In this document: positions 54,162 through 64,000 of the stretch, in pieces | Position numbering within the stretch: the first letter of the stretch is position 1 | Layout: each line of letters begins with the position of its first letter | NCBI GenBank assembly: GCA_963707915.1 | Contig: OY970178.1 | Coordinates: 1,760,001 to 1,824,000 of the forward strand | DNA: 64,000 nt | Direction: 5' to 3' | Source of the DNA: Candidatus Eiseniibacteriota bacterium | GTDB lineage: Bacteria > Eisenbacteria > RBG-16-71-46 | Position numbers and translations under genes: made by a program | Notes under the pieces: generated by a model | The model's input: the letters and a program-made list of their open reading frames with translations, nothing else | Databases searched by the model: none | What the model was told of the DNA's origin: nothing

Positions 54162-55203
54162 ATGAGCAGGTGCCCCGCGCGCGGCTCGGCGCCGCCTGCT
54201 GCCCTTCCGCTCGGCGGGCGCCCTGCTGCTGTGGGTCGCGCTCTACGGCGTGCTCCGGCGCGGCTGCCGCGTGGCTCACGCGCGACCTTCTGGGCTCGCC
54301 GCCGGCGACGCACCTCGGCAGCGCCGTCGAGTTCTTCGTCTTCGAGGCGCCCAAGGTGCTGATGCTCCTGACGCTGGTCGTCTTCGGCGTCGGCGTGGTC
54401 CGCTCGTTCTTCACGCCCGGAGCGCACCCGCGCCATCCTCGCCGGCAGGCGCGAGTCGGTGGGCAACGTGCTGGCCGCCGCGCTCGGCATCGTGACGCCG
54501 TTCTGCTCCTGCTCGGCGGTGCCGCTCTTCATCGGCTTCGTCGACGGCGGGCGTCCCGCTGGGCGTGACCTTCTCGTTCCTGATCTCGGCCCCGATGGTG
54601 AACGAGGTCGCGCTGGTGCTGCTGTTCGGCCTGTTCGGCTGGAAGGTGGCCGCGCTCTATCTCGGGCACCGGCCTGTGATCGCCATCGTCGCCGGCTGGG
54701 TCATCGGCCGGCTGCGGCTGGAGCGGCACGTCGAGCCCTGGGTCTACCAGATGCAGCGCGGGCGACGGCCGGGCTGCGCGAGCGCCGCCTGACCTGGGAG
54801 CGAGCGCCTAGGCCACGGGCTCGACGCGGTGCGCGACATCGTGGGCAAGGTCTGGCCCTACGTGCTGGCCGGCATCGCCGTGGGCGCCGGCATCCACGGC
54901 TACGTGCCCGAGGACTTCATGGCCGTCCATCATGGGCAAGGGGGCCTGGTGGTCGGTGCCGCTCGCCGTGCTCATCGGCGTGCCGATGTACTCCAACGCC
55001 GCCGGGATCATCCCCATCGTGCAGGCGCTGCTCGAGAAGGGCGCGGCCCTGGGCACGGTGCTGGCCTTCATGATGGCGGTGATCGCGCTGTCGCTGCCGG
55101 AGGTCATCATCCTGCGCAAGGTGCTCCGGCCCGTGCTGATCGCGGCTTCATCGGCGTGGTCACGGCCGGGATCATCCTGGTGGGCTACCTGTTCAACGGC
55201 TGA
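54162..55203 (+). pseudogene. ArsP/DUF318-like permease, multiple frameshifts; start approximate
   Basis: [40 protein letters not shown]. Confidence 0.82.
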
Positions 55204-55255
55204 TGTGATGTACTGCCTTCCGCCGTCCGGAAGGCCATTCCGAAGGGAGACGACG

Positions 55256-55489
55256 ATGACCCGGATCGAGGTGCTCGGTCCCGGCTGCGCCAACTGCGAG
55301 CGGCTCTACCGGAACACCGAACGCGCCGTGAAGGAACTCGGGCTCGATTGCGAACTCGAGAAGATCACCGACCTCAACGTCATCATGGGCTACCGCATCA
55401 TGTCCACGCCCGGACTCGTGGTCGACGGCGTGGTCCGGTTCTCCGGGCGGGTGCCCTCGGTCGAACAGTTGAAGGAGATGCTGTCCTGA
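55256..55489 (+). CDS. Small redox-active disulfide protein (MTH895/thioredoxin-like)
   Basis: IEVLGPGCANC, MSTPGLVVDG, GRVPS; AAGGGAG RBS. Confidence 0.88.
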   Translation: MTRIEVLGPGCANCERLYRNTERAVKELGLDCELEKITDLNVIMGYRIMSTPGLVVDGVVRFSGRVPSVEQLKEMLS

Positions 55490-55523
55490 GCGACTCCGTG
55501 CCCCCCAGACGGGACTCCCGGCC

Positions 55524-56426
55524 GTGGAGAGCGTGACCCACCATCACGCGCCTGCCGCCCAGGACGGCGTCCGCACCGCCTTCCTCGTGGCCGCGGGGCT
55601 CAACGTCGCCTTCGTCGCCTTCGAGGTCTTCTACGGGTTCCGGTCCGGCTCGCTCGCCCTGCTCTCGGACGCCGGCCACAACCTCGGGGACGTGCTCGGC
55701 CTGCTGCTCGCCTGGGGCGCCATCCTACTGGCCCGGCGTGCGCCGAGCGCGCGCCGCACCTACGGCCTGCGCCGCTCCACCATCCTGGCGGCGCTCGCCA
55801 ACGCCGTGGTGCTGCTGATCGCCGTGGGCGCCGTCGCACTCGAAGCGGTGCAGCGGCTTCGTCACCCGGGCCCCGTCGCCGCGCCCACGGTGATCGTGGT
55901 GGCCTCGCTCGGCATCGTCGTGAACGGTCTGAGCGCCTGGCTCCTGGGACGCGGCCGGCGCGACGACCTGAACGTGCGCGCCGCGGCGGCGCATCTGGCG
56001 GCGGACGCCGCCGTTTCGCTGGGCGTCGTGCTCACCGGCGTCGCCATGGTCCTCACCGGCCGGTGGTGGCTCGACCCGGTCGTCAGCCTGCTGGTGAGCG
56101 CGCTCATCGTCGGCAGCACCTGGGGGATCCTGCGGGAGTCGCTCGACCTGGCCATGGACGCCGTGCCCGGGCGGATCGACCCGGCGGCGGTCCGGGCCTA
56201 TCTCGAGGCGGTGCCCGGCGTCGTGGAGGTGCACGACTTCCATATCTGGGCCATGAGCACCACCGAGATCGCCCTGACGGCCCACCTGGTCACCGACCGC
56301 GCCACCCTGGACGACGAACTCACCGTGCGGATCGCCCACGACCTGTCGGAGCGCTTCGGCATCGTGCATCCCACCCTCCAGTGGGAGGGCACGGGCCGTG
56401 CGCAGCCCTGCCGTCAGGGTCGCTGA
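55524..56426 (+). CDS. Cation diffusion facilitator (CzcD/ZitB-like)
   Basis: SLALLSDAGHNLGD, TYG..R, H..AD, VHDFHIW, HPTLQ. Confidence 0.92.
   Translation: MESVTHHHAPAAQDGVRTAFLVAAGLNVAFVAFEVFYGFRSGSLALLSDAGHNLGDVLGLLLAWGAILLARRAPSARRTYGLRRSTILAALANAVVLLIAVGAVALEAVQRLRHPGPVAAPTVIVVASLGIVVNGLSAWLLGRGRRDDLNVRAAAAHLAADAAVSLGVVLTGVAMVLTGRWWLDPVVSLLVSALIVGSTWGILRESLDLAMDAVPGRIDPAAVRAYLEAVPGVVEVHDFHIWAMSTTEIALTAHLVTDRATLDDELTVRIAHDLSERFGIVHPTLQWEGTGRAQPCRQGR
56246..56419 (+). repeat. 174-bp direct repeat, copy 1 (3' end of the CDF gene)
   Basis: Matches 58005-58178 with about 8 substitutions and no indels. Confidence 0.9.
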
Positions 56427-56466
56427 CCGGTCCCCCGAAGGCCGATGCAGCGGGGGTCGACGCCCT

Positions 56467-57157
56467 CCGCCTAGCGCCCATGGATGCGCCCCCTCGTCCA
56501 GAGGAACTGGTTCCGGACCGGATCGACGACCATCTCCCCGATGACCCGGCCGGTCGCGTGGACGGCTTCAGGCGAATCGGTCGAATCCAGGGCGCCATAG
56601 GCGACCCACGCGATGTGATAGAGCGTCGAATCCGGCAGCCCGCAGGTCGCGTTTGGGTACCAGGACCGTGGATAGGCACCCATCCAGCCGTCGGGGCGGT
56701 GGTCCGCATACTCCGCAAGGATCGACTGCGTCGAAAGCGTCGTATCGGCGGCCAGGTCACGGACGGGGCGAACGAGCGCGCCCACGTGCGCGTTCGTGCG
56801 GATCGAAAAGTAGAGCAAGGTCGCGTGGGTGACGTTGGGGACAACCTCCTCTATCCTATTCGCGAAAGTAAGGACTTCGCTGGGCAACTCCCACAGCAGG
56901 GAGTCCCCTCTCACGATGATCGTGTCCCCCTGACCGCTTGCGAATACATAGGGGTCGCCCTGGCGGTCAACCGTCCTCCGGGACTGGTCAACTCCGGACC
57001 CACGAGCATGGGCCGGAGCGGGTGGTGGTGGCGGCGGAGTCCCGGCAACGCAGGCCCCGCCCATGAATGCCGCGAGGAGGAGGGCAAACCCTGAGAAGCG
57101 ATTGACGGCGGGAAGGATCGCGCAAGTAGGCATTGGGTTTACTCCCGACATTGGTGG
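56467..57157. repeat. 691-bp direct repeat, copy 1
   Basis: Matches 57223-57913 at offset 756, scattered substitutions. Confidence 0.92.
56471..57133 (-). CDS. Hypothetical exported protein, copy 1
   Basis: 220-aa ORF with hydrophobic N-region and poly-Pro linker; frame preserved in both copies. Confidence 0.55.
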   Translation of the reverse strand: MPTCAILPAVNRFSGFALLLAAFMGGACVAGTPPPPPPAPAHARGSGVDQSRRTVDRQGDPYVFASGQGDTIIVRGDSLLWELPSEVLTFANRIEEVVPNVTHATLLYFSIRTNAHVGALVRPVRDLAADTTLSTQSILAEYADHRPDGWMGAYPRSWYPNATCGLPDSTLYHIAWVAYGALDSTDSPEAVHATGRVIGEMVVDPVRNQFLWTRGRIHGR

Positions 57158-57222
57158 ATGACCGCTCCGGCCGAGGGCGCCAGGCAGAGCGCCGCTGCGA
57201 TGATCAACAGGGGCAAGAAGTG

Positions 57223-57913
57223 CCGCCTAGCGCCCATGGGCGCGCCCCCTCGTCCAGAGGAACTGGTTCCGGACCGGATCGACGATCATCTCCCCGATCA
57301 CCCGGCCGGTCGCGTGGACGGCTTCAGGCGAATCGGTCGAATCCAGGGCGCCATAGGCGACCCACGCGATGTGATAGAGCGTCGAATCCGGCAGCCCGCA
57401 GGTCGCGTTTGGGTACCAGGACCGTGGATAGGCACCCATCCAGCCGTCGGGGCGGTGGTCCGCATACTCCGCAAGGATCGACTGCATCGAAAGCGTCGTA
57501 TCGGCGGCCAGGTCCCGGACGGGGCGAACGAGTGCGCCCACGTGCGCGTTCGTGCGGATCGAAAAGTAGAGCAAGGTCGCGTGAGTGACGTTGGGGACAA
57601 CCTTCTCTATCCTATTCGCGAAAGTAAGGACTTCGCTGGGCAGCTCCCACAGCAGGGAGTCCCCTCTCACGATGATCGTGTCCCCCTGACCGCTTGCGAG
57701 TACATAGGGGTCGCCCTGGCGGTCAACCGTCCTCCGGGACTGGTCAACTCCGGACCCACGAGCATGGGCCGGAGCGGGTGGTGGTGGCGGCGGAGTCCCG
57801 GCAATGCAGGCCCCACCCACGAACACCGCAAGGAGGAGGGCAAACCCTGAGAAGCGATTGACGGCGGGACGGATCGTGCAAGTAGGCATTGAGTTCACTT
57901 CCGACGTTTGTGG
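57223..57913. repeat. 691-bp direct repeat, copy 2
   Basis: Matches 56467-57157. Confidence 0.92.
57227..57889 (-). CDS. Hypothetical exported protein, copy 2
   Basis: About 10 amino-acid differences from copy 1. Confidence 0.55.
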   Translation of the reverse strand: MPTCTIRPAVNRFSGFALLLAVFVGGACIAGTPPPPPPAPAHARGSGVDQSRRTVDRQGDPYVLASGQGDTIIVRGDSLLWELPSEVLTFANRIEKVVPNVTHATLLYFSIRTNAHVGALVRPVRDLAADTTLSMQSILAEYADHRPDGWMGAYPRSWYPNATCGLPDSTLYHIAWVAYGALDSTDSPEAVHATGRVIGEMIVDPVRNQFLWTRGRAHGR

Positions 57914-58004
57914 CCACGTCTTCGCGTTAGCGGTACTTGCTCTTGAGTTCACCCCATGAGATCCGGCGGCAACGCGGGGTGCCCCCCCGCGGAGGGGGTG
58001 GTGG

Positions 58005-58178
58005 CTGGGCCATGAGCACCACCGAGATCGCCCTGACAGCCCACCTGGTCACCGACCGCGCCACCCTGGACGACGAACTCACCGTGCGCATCGCCCACAA
58101 CCTCTCGGAGCGCTTCTGCATCGTGCATCCCACCCTCCAGTGGGAGAGCGCAGGCCGTGCGCAGCCCTGCCGTCAGGG
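58005..58178 (+). repeat. 174-bp direct repeat, copy 2 (orphan CDF 3' fragment)
   Basis: Encodes WAMSTTEIALTAHLV...QPCRQG, as in the CDF C-terminus. Confidence 0.9.
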
Positions 58179-58254
58179 CCGGACGCGCCCTAGCCGGCGA
58201 TTCGATGACCCGCTGCCGGGCCGCTGGCAGGTTCCGCGCACCCCGGACCTTCGC

Positions 58255-58298
58255 TTGCGGAGCGGTGGCCCGGGCCCATATACTCATCTGCATGAGTA
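58255..58298 (+). promoter_or_regulatory. Probable leaderless promoter and operator of the second arsR
   Basis: TTGCGG - 18 bp - TATACT - 7 bp - ATG; palindrome TACTCAT-ctgc-ATGAGTA at 58281-58298. Confidence 0.55.
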
Positions 58299-58660
58299 CA
58301 CTTCAGGCCCGCCCCGCGGAACGGATCGACACGATGTTCCGGGCCTTCGCGGACCGGACGCGCCTCCGGATCCTCCATCTGCTGCAGGACGGCGAGCTCT
58401 GCGTCAGCGACATCATCACCATCCTGGAAGTGCCCCAGGCCAAGGCGTCGCATCACCTCAACTACCTGCGCCGAGCCGGGCTGGTCGAGACGCGCAAGGA
58501 GGGCCTCTGGTGCTTCTATCGGCTCCGTCCGGCGAAGTCGCCCTTCCACGAGAAGCTGCTCGAGTGCCTTGGGCAGTGTTTCACCCACGTGCCCGGGCTC
58601 GCCGCGGACCGCAAGCGGGCGGCGAAGATCAAGGCGTCCGGCGGATGCTGCCCACGATGA
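58292..58660 (+). CDS. ArsR/SmtB transcriptional repressor
   Basis: FRAFADRTRLRIL, ELCVSD, SHHL.YLR.AGLV, EGLW..Y; C-terminal GGCC. Confidence 0.9.
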   Translation: MSTLQARPAERIDTMFRAFADRTRLRILHLLQDGELCVSDIITILEVPQAKASHHLNYLRRAGLVETRKEGLWCFYRLRPAKSPFHEKLLECLGQCFTHVPGLAADRKRAAKIKASGGCCPR

Positions 58661-58775
58661 CCCATGGCGTCGGGGGTCCACCGATCGTCCTGGCTGACGA
58701 ACGGGCTCGAATGGCCGGCACTGGACCGCGACCGATGTCGATGGATCGGCACACTCACCACCAGAGGGGGTAACG

Positions 58776-59539
58776 ATGAACCGCCGTGGCCTCGGTTTCA
58801 TCTTGCTCATGCTCTGGACCCTGGGTCCGATCGCCGCGGCCTCGGCGCAGCGCGACGTGGACTCCGCCGCGAAGCAGGGGAAGATCGCCTTCATCCTCGT
58901 CACGGATCCGGGCGCGACCGGCGTCGACCAGGCGACGAGACATCATCCAGCAGGCGATGAAGCAGGTCAGCGGGTCGACCCTGGTCGAACTGGACCGGTC
59001 GGACCCGGAGAACGCCGAGCTACGTCGCGAAGCTGCGGCTGGCCGGCGCGCCTGTGCCGCTGATCCTCGTCGCGGCGCGCAACGGCGTCCTGCGCGGCGG
59101 GATTGCTGGCGGCCCAGGCGACGCCGGCGATCCTGCTGCGCGCTGGTTCCCTCGCCCAAGAAGGCCGAGATCCTGCAGGCTCTCCAGAGCGGCAAGCCCG
59201 TGTTCATCACCGTGAGCCGGAAGGGCATGCCCCGCGAGCCCAAGGCGGTCGCCGACTTGCGTCGCGGCGTGCGGCAAGATGGGCGACAAGTCCGCGCTGG
59301 TCCGGATCGACATGGCGGATCCCCGGGAGGCGGCGTTCCTCTCGCAGCTCAAGGTCGACTCCGCCGCGACGGAGCCGGTGACGCTGGTGGTCAACGCGCA
59401 GGGGCAGGTCACGGGCTCGTACACGGAAGCGCAGGAGGTGGCGAGTCTCGTGCAGGCGGCGACCAGGGTCGTGAGCGGCTGCGGCCCCGGTGCCGGCGGT
59501 CCGGGTGCGGCGAGTTCCTGCGCTCCGGCCAAGAAGTAG
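58776..59539 (+). pseudogene. Exported hypothetical protein (thioredoxin-like repeats suspected), multiple frameshifts
   Basis: Signal peptide; coding fragments in three frames (VELDRSDPEN, VPSPKKAEIL, VRIDMADPREA); Cys-containing C-tail. Confidence 0.55.
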
Positions 59540-59551
59540 CGGCGGGTCGGC

Positions 59552-60774
59552 ATGAACCTCCGCACCATCCTCTGGAAGGAACTCTGGCTGCGGAAGTCCC
59601 GGATGGTCTCCGGGCTTCTCGCGATCACGCTCGGCATCGCGGTCATCGTCGCCATCCAGTCGGTCGCGTCCGTCTCGGAGCGGGCGGTCAAGATCAAGCT
59701 CGACAACCTCGGGGCGAACATCCTGGTGCTGCCCCAGGCGGCTTCGGTGGATGACTACTACACCGCGGACATCGACGCGCCGACGTTCCCCGAGGACTAC
59801 GTGGAGCGGCTCGCCACGTCCATGCTCCCGGGCGTCGACAACCTGTCCCCCAAGCTCACGCGGCGGGTCAGGGTCGGCAGCGTTCCGGTCATCCTCACGG
59901 GCATCCTGCCGGCCAACGAGCTGGCCTCCAAGCCGATCTGGCAGAGCGCCGGGCTGGCCGGCGCGGCGCTCGCCGCCGCCTGCGGCCCGAGCCCCGAGGT
60001 CGCGAAGAAGGGCCCCTCGTACGTCGACGAGCGCCTCCAGCGCAAGGCGATCACCGCTCTCGCCCCGACGGAGGTGCTGCTCGGAAGCGTCGCGGCCCGG
60101 CGCCTGAACCTCCAGGCAGGCGGCAAGGTCACCATCGCGGGACGCGAGTTCTCGGCCGCGCGCGTCCTGCCGGAGACGGGCACGATCGACGACGATCGCA
60201 TCTACGCGCACCTGCACGTGGTGCAGGGCCTGCTGGGGACCGGGCGCAGGTCAGCGCCATCGAGATCATGGGCTGCTGCTCGGCGATCTCCGACGGGCTC
60301 CTCGGGAAGCTGCGGAACATCCTGCCGGACACCCGGATCACGACCATCGGGCAGATCGTGAACACGCAGATCGAGACCAATCGCCTGATGGGCGAAGATC
60401 TCCCTGATCCTGCTCGTGATCATCGTGCTCGTGGGCGCGATCTCGATCGCGAACTACATGTGGGCCAACGTCGAGGAGCGCAGGCGCGAGATCGGCACGC
60501 TCCTCACGCTCGGCGCGACCCGCGGGAGCATCTACCGCCTGTTCTTCGCGAAGTCGATCGTCCTGGGCGTCCTGGGCGGGATCGGCGGCTACGTTGTCGG
60601 GACGCTCGCTGCCCTGATCCTCGGTCCGGAGCTCGCGGACTGTCCGTCCAGCCGATCCCGATCTACCTCGCCTGGTCCGTCCTGATCTCCCTGGTGATCG
60701 CCGTGCTCGGGAGCTGGTACCCGACGTACCGCGCGACGCGCCTCGATCCGGCCTCGATCCTCCAGGAGTCCTAG
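59552..60774 (+). pseudogene. MacB/FtsX-like ABC exporter permease, frameshifted
   Basis: [44 protein letters not shown]; periplasmic IMGCC. Confidence 0.82.
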
Positions 60775-60776
60775 CG

Positions 60777-61493
<717 letters not shown>

Positions 61494-61552
61494 AGCTTCT
61501 CCCGGCAAGCTCGGGAAGCGACTCCCCGGCCGGTGCGGGTACGCTCCGCGCC

Positions 61553-61847
61553 ATGCGACACGCCCACTTCGAATCCGACGAGCTGCGGGAGTACGTCGCC
61601 GCCCGGGGCGGGACGCTGCGCGTCTCGCTCCAGGCGATCATGCACGGCTGATGAAGGGTCGAGCGCGGCCCGGTCGGGTCGCTCGAGATGCCGCAGGACC
61701 CCGCCGGGCATGAGCGCCTGGACGCCGGCGGGATCGCGCTCTACGTCGCAGCGGGATGTGCTCGCGGCTCTCGCGGATCCCGCCCGGGTGAGCTTCGCGT
61801 TCGGCCGCTTCGGCCGCTGCTCCATCCGCCTCGGCGCCGGCGCCTGA
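61553..61847 (+). CDS. Putative HesB-like (vicinal Cys/Sec) selenoprotein with tandem Sec-Sec; one apparent extra base near 61750
   Basis: In-frame GGC-TGA-TGA at 61646-61654; coding-like sequence continues in the same frame; SECIS-like hairpin immediately 3'. Confidence 0.7.
61659..61686 (+). promoter_or_regulatory. Bacterial SECIS-like stem-loop
   Basis: TCGAGC-gc-GGCCC-[GGTC]-GGGTC-GCTCGA; apical loop 17 nt after the second TGA and 20 nt after the first. Confidence 0.7.
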
Positions 61848-61905
61848 GGCTCCGGCCGCCGGGCGTCGCGACGCAGGCGGTCGCGGAATCGCGCGCGCGG
61901 CCGGC

Positions 61906-62291
61906 TCAGCGGGCGCCTCCGGAGCCGGCCCGTCGGCCGGGCCGCGGTAGCGCTCGCGGAGCCGACCGGTCTCGAGCAGCGCCGCGCCCAGCAGCGCCAG
62001 CAGCGCCACGCCGCCCAGGATCGCGGCCAGTCGCCCCCAGGGCTCGCCCGCGGCGCGCCGAGCGGGCAGCAACTCGGCCAGCGTGCGCATCCACTCGAGC
62101 GCGCCCGCGACCAGCGCGAGCTGCGCCAGGCGCGCGGCCCACCGCCGGCGCACGAGGAGCAGGCCGAGCAGCGCGACGCAGGCGACCACCCACCCGAGCT
62201 CGCCCCGCCGCAGGAAGTGCGCGCCCAGCACGAGCGCGCTCAGGCCCGCGGGCAGCAGCAGCAGGAAGCCGCGCGTGCCGGCCGCCCTCAT
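61906..62291 (-). CDS. Small membrane protein (3' end uncertain, possible frameshift)
   Basis: ATGA overlap with the upstream gene; AHFLR, EW.RT, GEPW.RL..IL; four hydrophobic segments. Confidence 0.65.
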
Positions 62292-63220
62292 CGCGCCTTC
62301 CCCGCGGGGTCCGTCCGGGCCAGGTCCGCGTAGACCACCCGCAGGAACCGGTCCGGCTTCATGAAGCCCCCGCCCCAGGCGTCGTCCAGGTCGGCGAGCG
62401 GCTTCGCCGCCAGCACCTGCTCGAGCGTGCGGCCCTCCGCGACGAGCTTCGCCACGCGATCGCGCACGGTCACGAGCATGTCGCGGAAGCGCAGCATCGC
62501 CGCGCGGTCGGCGAGCGGGCCGTGCCCGGGGACGACCCGGGTGGCGGGGCCGACGAGCGTCAGCAGCCGCTCGAGCGAGTGGACCATGCCGCCGATCGAG
62601 CCCCCCGCTCCGACGTCGATCACCGGGTAGGTGCCGTTGAAGAGCAGGTCGCCCGTGTGCAGGACGTCCACGGCGGGCACCCACACGACGGCGTCGCCGT
62701 CGGTGTGGCCGGGCGGCAGGTGGAAGACGCGGAGGTCGGGCCCGCCGAGGTGGAAGGTGAGCGAGTCGGCGAAGGTCAGTACGGGCAGCGCCCCCGCGGT
62801 CGCCGCCTTCGTGCTCTCCCTGGGGGTCATGTTGAACCGGCCCGCGTCCATGCGGCGCCGCGTGTTCGCCTGCGCCACGATGGCCGCGCCTGCGGCGGCC
62901 ATGGCCGAGTCCCCGCTGACGTGGTCGCCGTGGTAGTGCGTGTTGACGACGAAGCGCAGCCGGCCGCCGCCGGAGAGCGAGTCCGCTGCGGCGCGGATCC
63001 TCGCCGCGAGCTGCCCGTACTGGGAATCCACCAGCAGCACACCGTCCGGTCCCGCGCAGACCAGCAGGTTCCCGCCGGCCCCGCTGAGCATCCAGAAGCC
63101 GTCGGCGAGCCGCTCCGGCCGGATGACGACCTGCTCCCAGTCACGCTGGGCGTGCGCGGCCGAAGCGGCGGCCAGGGCGAGGCCGGCGAGCAGGACGAGG
63201 AAACGCGTGAAGCGTCCCAT
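62288..63220 (-). CDS. Secreted MBL-fold metallo-hydrolase
   Basis: Signal peptide; NTHYHGDH, GHTDGD, HTGDL, VPGHG. Confidence 0.9.
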   Translation of the reverse strand: MGRFTRFLVLLAGLALAAASAAHAQRDWEQVVIRPERLADGFWMLSGAGGNLLVCAGPDGVLLVDSQYGQLAARIRAAADSLSGGGRLRFVVNTHYHGDHVSGDSAMAAAGAAIVAQANTRRRMDAGRFNMTPRESTKAATAGALPVLTFADSLTFHLGGPDLRVFHLPPGHTDGDAVVWVPAVDVLHTGDLLFNGTYPVIDVGAGGSIGGMVHSLERLLTLVGPATRVVPGHGPLADRAAMLRFRDMLVTVRDRVAKLVAEGRTLEQVLAAKPLADLDDAWGGGFMKPDRFLRVVYADLARTDPAGKAR

Positions 63221-63233
63221 CGGGGCCTTCGCG

Positions 63234-63473
63234 TCACGCCCCGGGCTTGGGGGCGGGCGGTTCGAGGTCGAAGGCGGCGACTTCCGAGCGGAACCCACAG
63301 GTCTTGTGGGCCCCGTCGCAGAACGGCTTCTTCTGCGAGTGGCCGCAGCGGCACAGGCTCGCGTGCGGACGGCCCGCAAGGCCGAAGGCGCGGCCTTCCG
63401 AGTCCACGATCTCGAAGTCGCCTTCGACCCGCAGGGAGCTGTCGTTCTTCACCGTGATTCGGGCGGCTGCCAT
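63234..63473 (-). CDS. CDGSH iron-sulfur domain protein
   Basis: LCRCGHS.KKPFCDGAH. Confidence 0.9.
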   Translation of the reverse strand: MAAARITVKNDSSLRVEGDFEIVDSEGRAFGLAGRPHASLCRCGHSQKKPFCDGAHKTCGFRSEVAAFDLEPPAPKPGA

Positions 63474-63774
63474 CCGTTCCTCCAGGTTTCCGCGCGGGAC
63501 CCCGCGTTCCCCGGGCCAGTTCGGCATCCACCCGGCCCGGAGCGCGTACCCGCTTGGGACGCAGCCACTTTAGCCCGACCCGTTCCCGTACCGCCAGCCG
63601 GGGTACGGGCGGTCGCGGTGGCGGCGGACCGGCCCGGCCGGCGGCGGCCGGGTGCCGCGCAACCGGGCGCGGGCCCGGCCCGTACTAGGATGCAGGTGAG
63701 TCGCGCCCCGGAGGCGAGCACCCGACTGGGAGACGGCCGGGCCGATCCCCGGGACGCAAGTGGAGGGCAGGGAG

Positions 63775-64000
63775 ATGTTCGAGTTGCTGGCGCTGGGGTT
63801 CGCGGCGTTCGTGGTCTTCGCGGTCGTCAGCGCGCTGCTGGGCGTCGCCGCGCTGGTCTTCTGGGTGGTGCTCCTCCCGTTCCGGCTGCTCGGCTTCGCG
63901 TTCAAGGCCCTGGGGGCGCTGCTCTTCCTGCCCGTCCTGTTCGTCGGGGGGCTGGTGATCGCGGCGCTGGTCGGGATCCCGCTGCTGCTCGTCGCGCTGC
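63775..64000 (+). CDS. Hypothetical membrane protein (runs off the window)
   Basis: AGGGAG RBS, ATG 63775, continuous hydrophobic sequence MFELLALGFAAFVVF... Confidence 0.6.
   Translation, partial: MFELLALGFAAFVVFAVVSALLGVAALVFWVVLLPFRLLGFAFKALGALLFLPVLFVGGLVIAALVGIPLLLVAL

Noticed and set aside
52602..55210. Further selenocysteine codons at TGAs in arsC, acr3 and arsP
   Set aside because: These stops arise after frameshifts, do not sit at Cys positions, and homology resumes in another frame
56246..58178. Diversity-generating retroelement TR/VR pair
   Set aside because: Only about half of the mismatches involve an adenine in one copy, there is no reverse transcriptase in the window, and the target is a CDF transporter

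Overview
Very GC-rich bacterial chromosomal window; a C-terminal 'TWGALKLHYR' motif hints at an Eisenbacteria/Latescibacteria-like organism (inference only). In order: end of a trpCF-trpB-trpA-aroF operon; several hydrolases; ligA-polX; a hybrid histidine kinase coupled to a PilB/GspE ATPase with a C-terminal receiver domain; an M13 peptidase; a minus-strand operon for a tungsten-type aldehyde oxidoreductase (AOR) that is split in two with a HydABC-like (bifurcating-type) module between the halves, followed by thiS/moaD-like and moeB-like genes; pruA, moeA, a gltP-like symporter; an HNH gene and an IS481 element; an ATP-grasp/zinc-peptidase pair; housekeeping enzymes; and from about 50 to 62 kb an indel-rich arsenic/metal/thiol-redox island (ECF sigma, CcdA, thioredoxins, two ArsR, ArsC, Acr3, ArsP-like permease, CDF, ABC exporter) with nested duplications. 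Two top candidates: (1) a small gene at 61553-61847 whose frame reads through tandem TGA-TGA, followed at once by a SECIS-like hairpin with a GGUC loop, i.e. a putative Sec-Sec selenoprotein; (2) the split AOR/bifurcating-module operon at 26022-31437. No rRNA, tRNA or CRISPR array was seen. All calls come from motif reading by eye; no searches were run.
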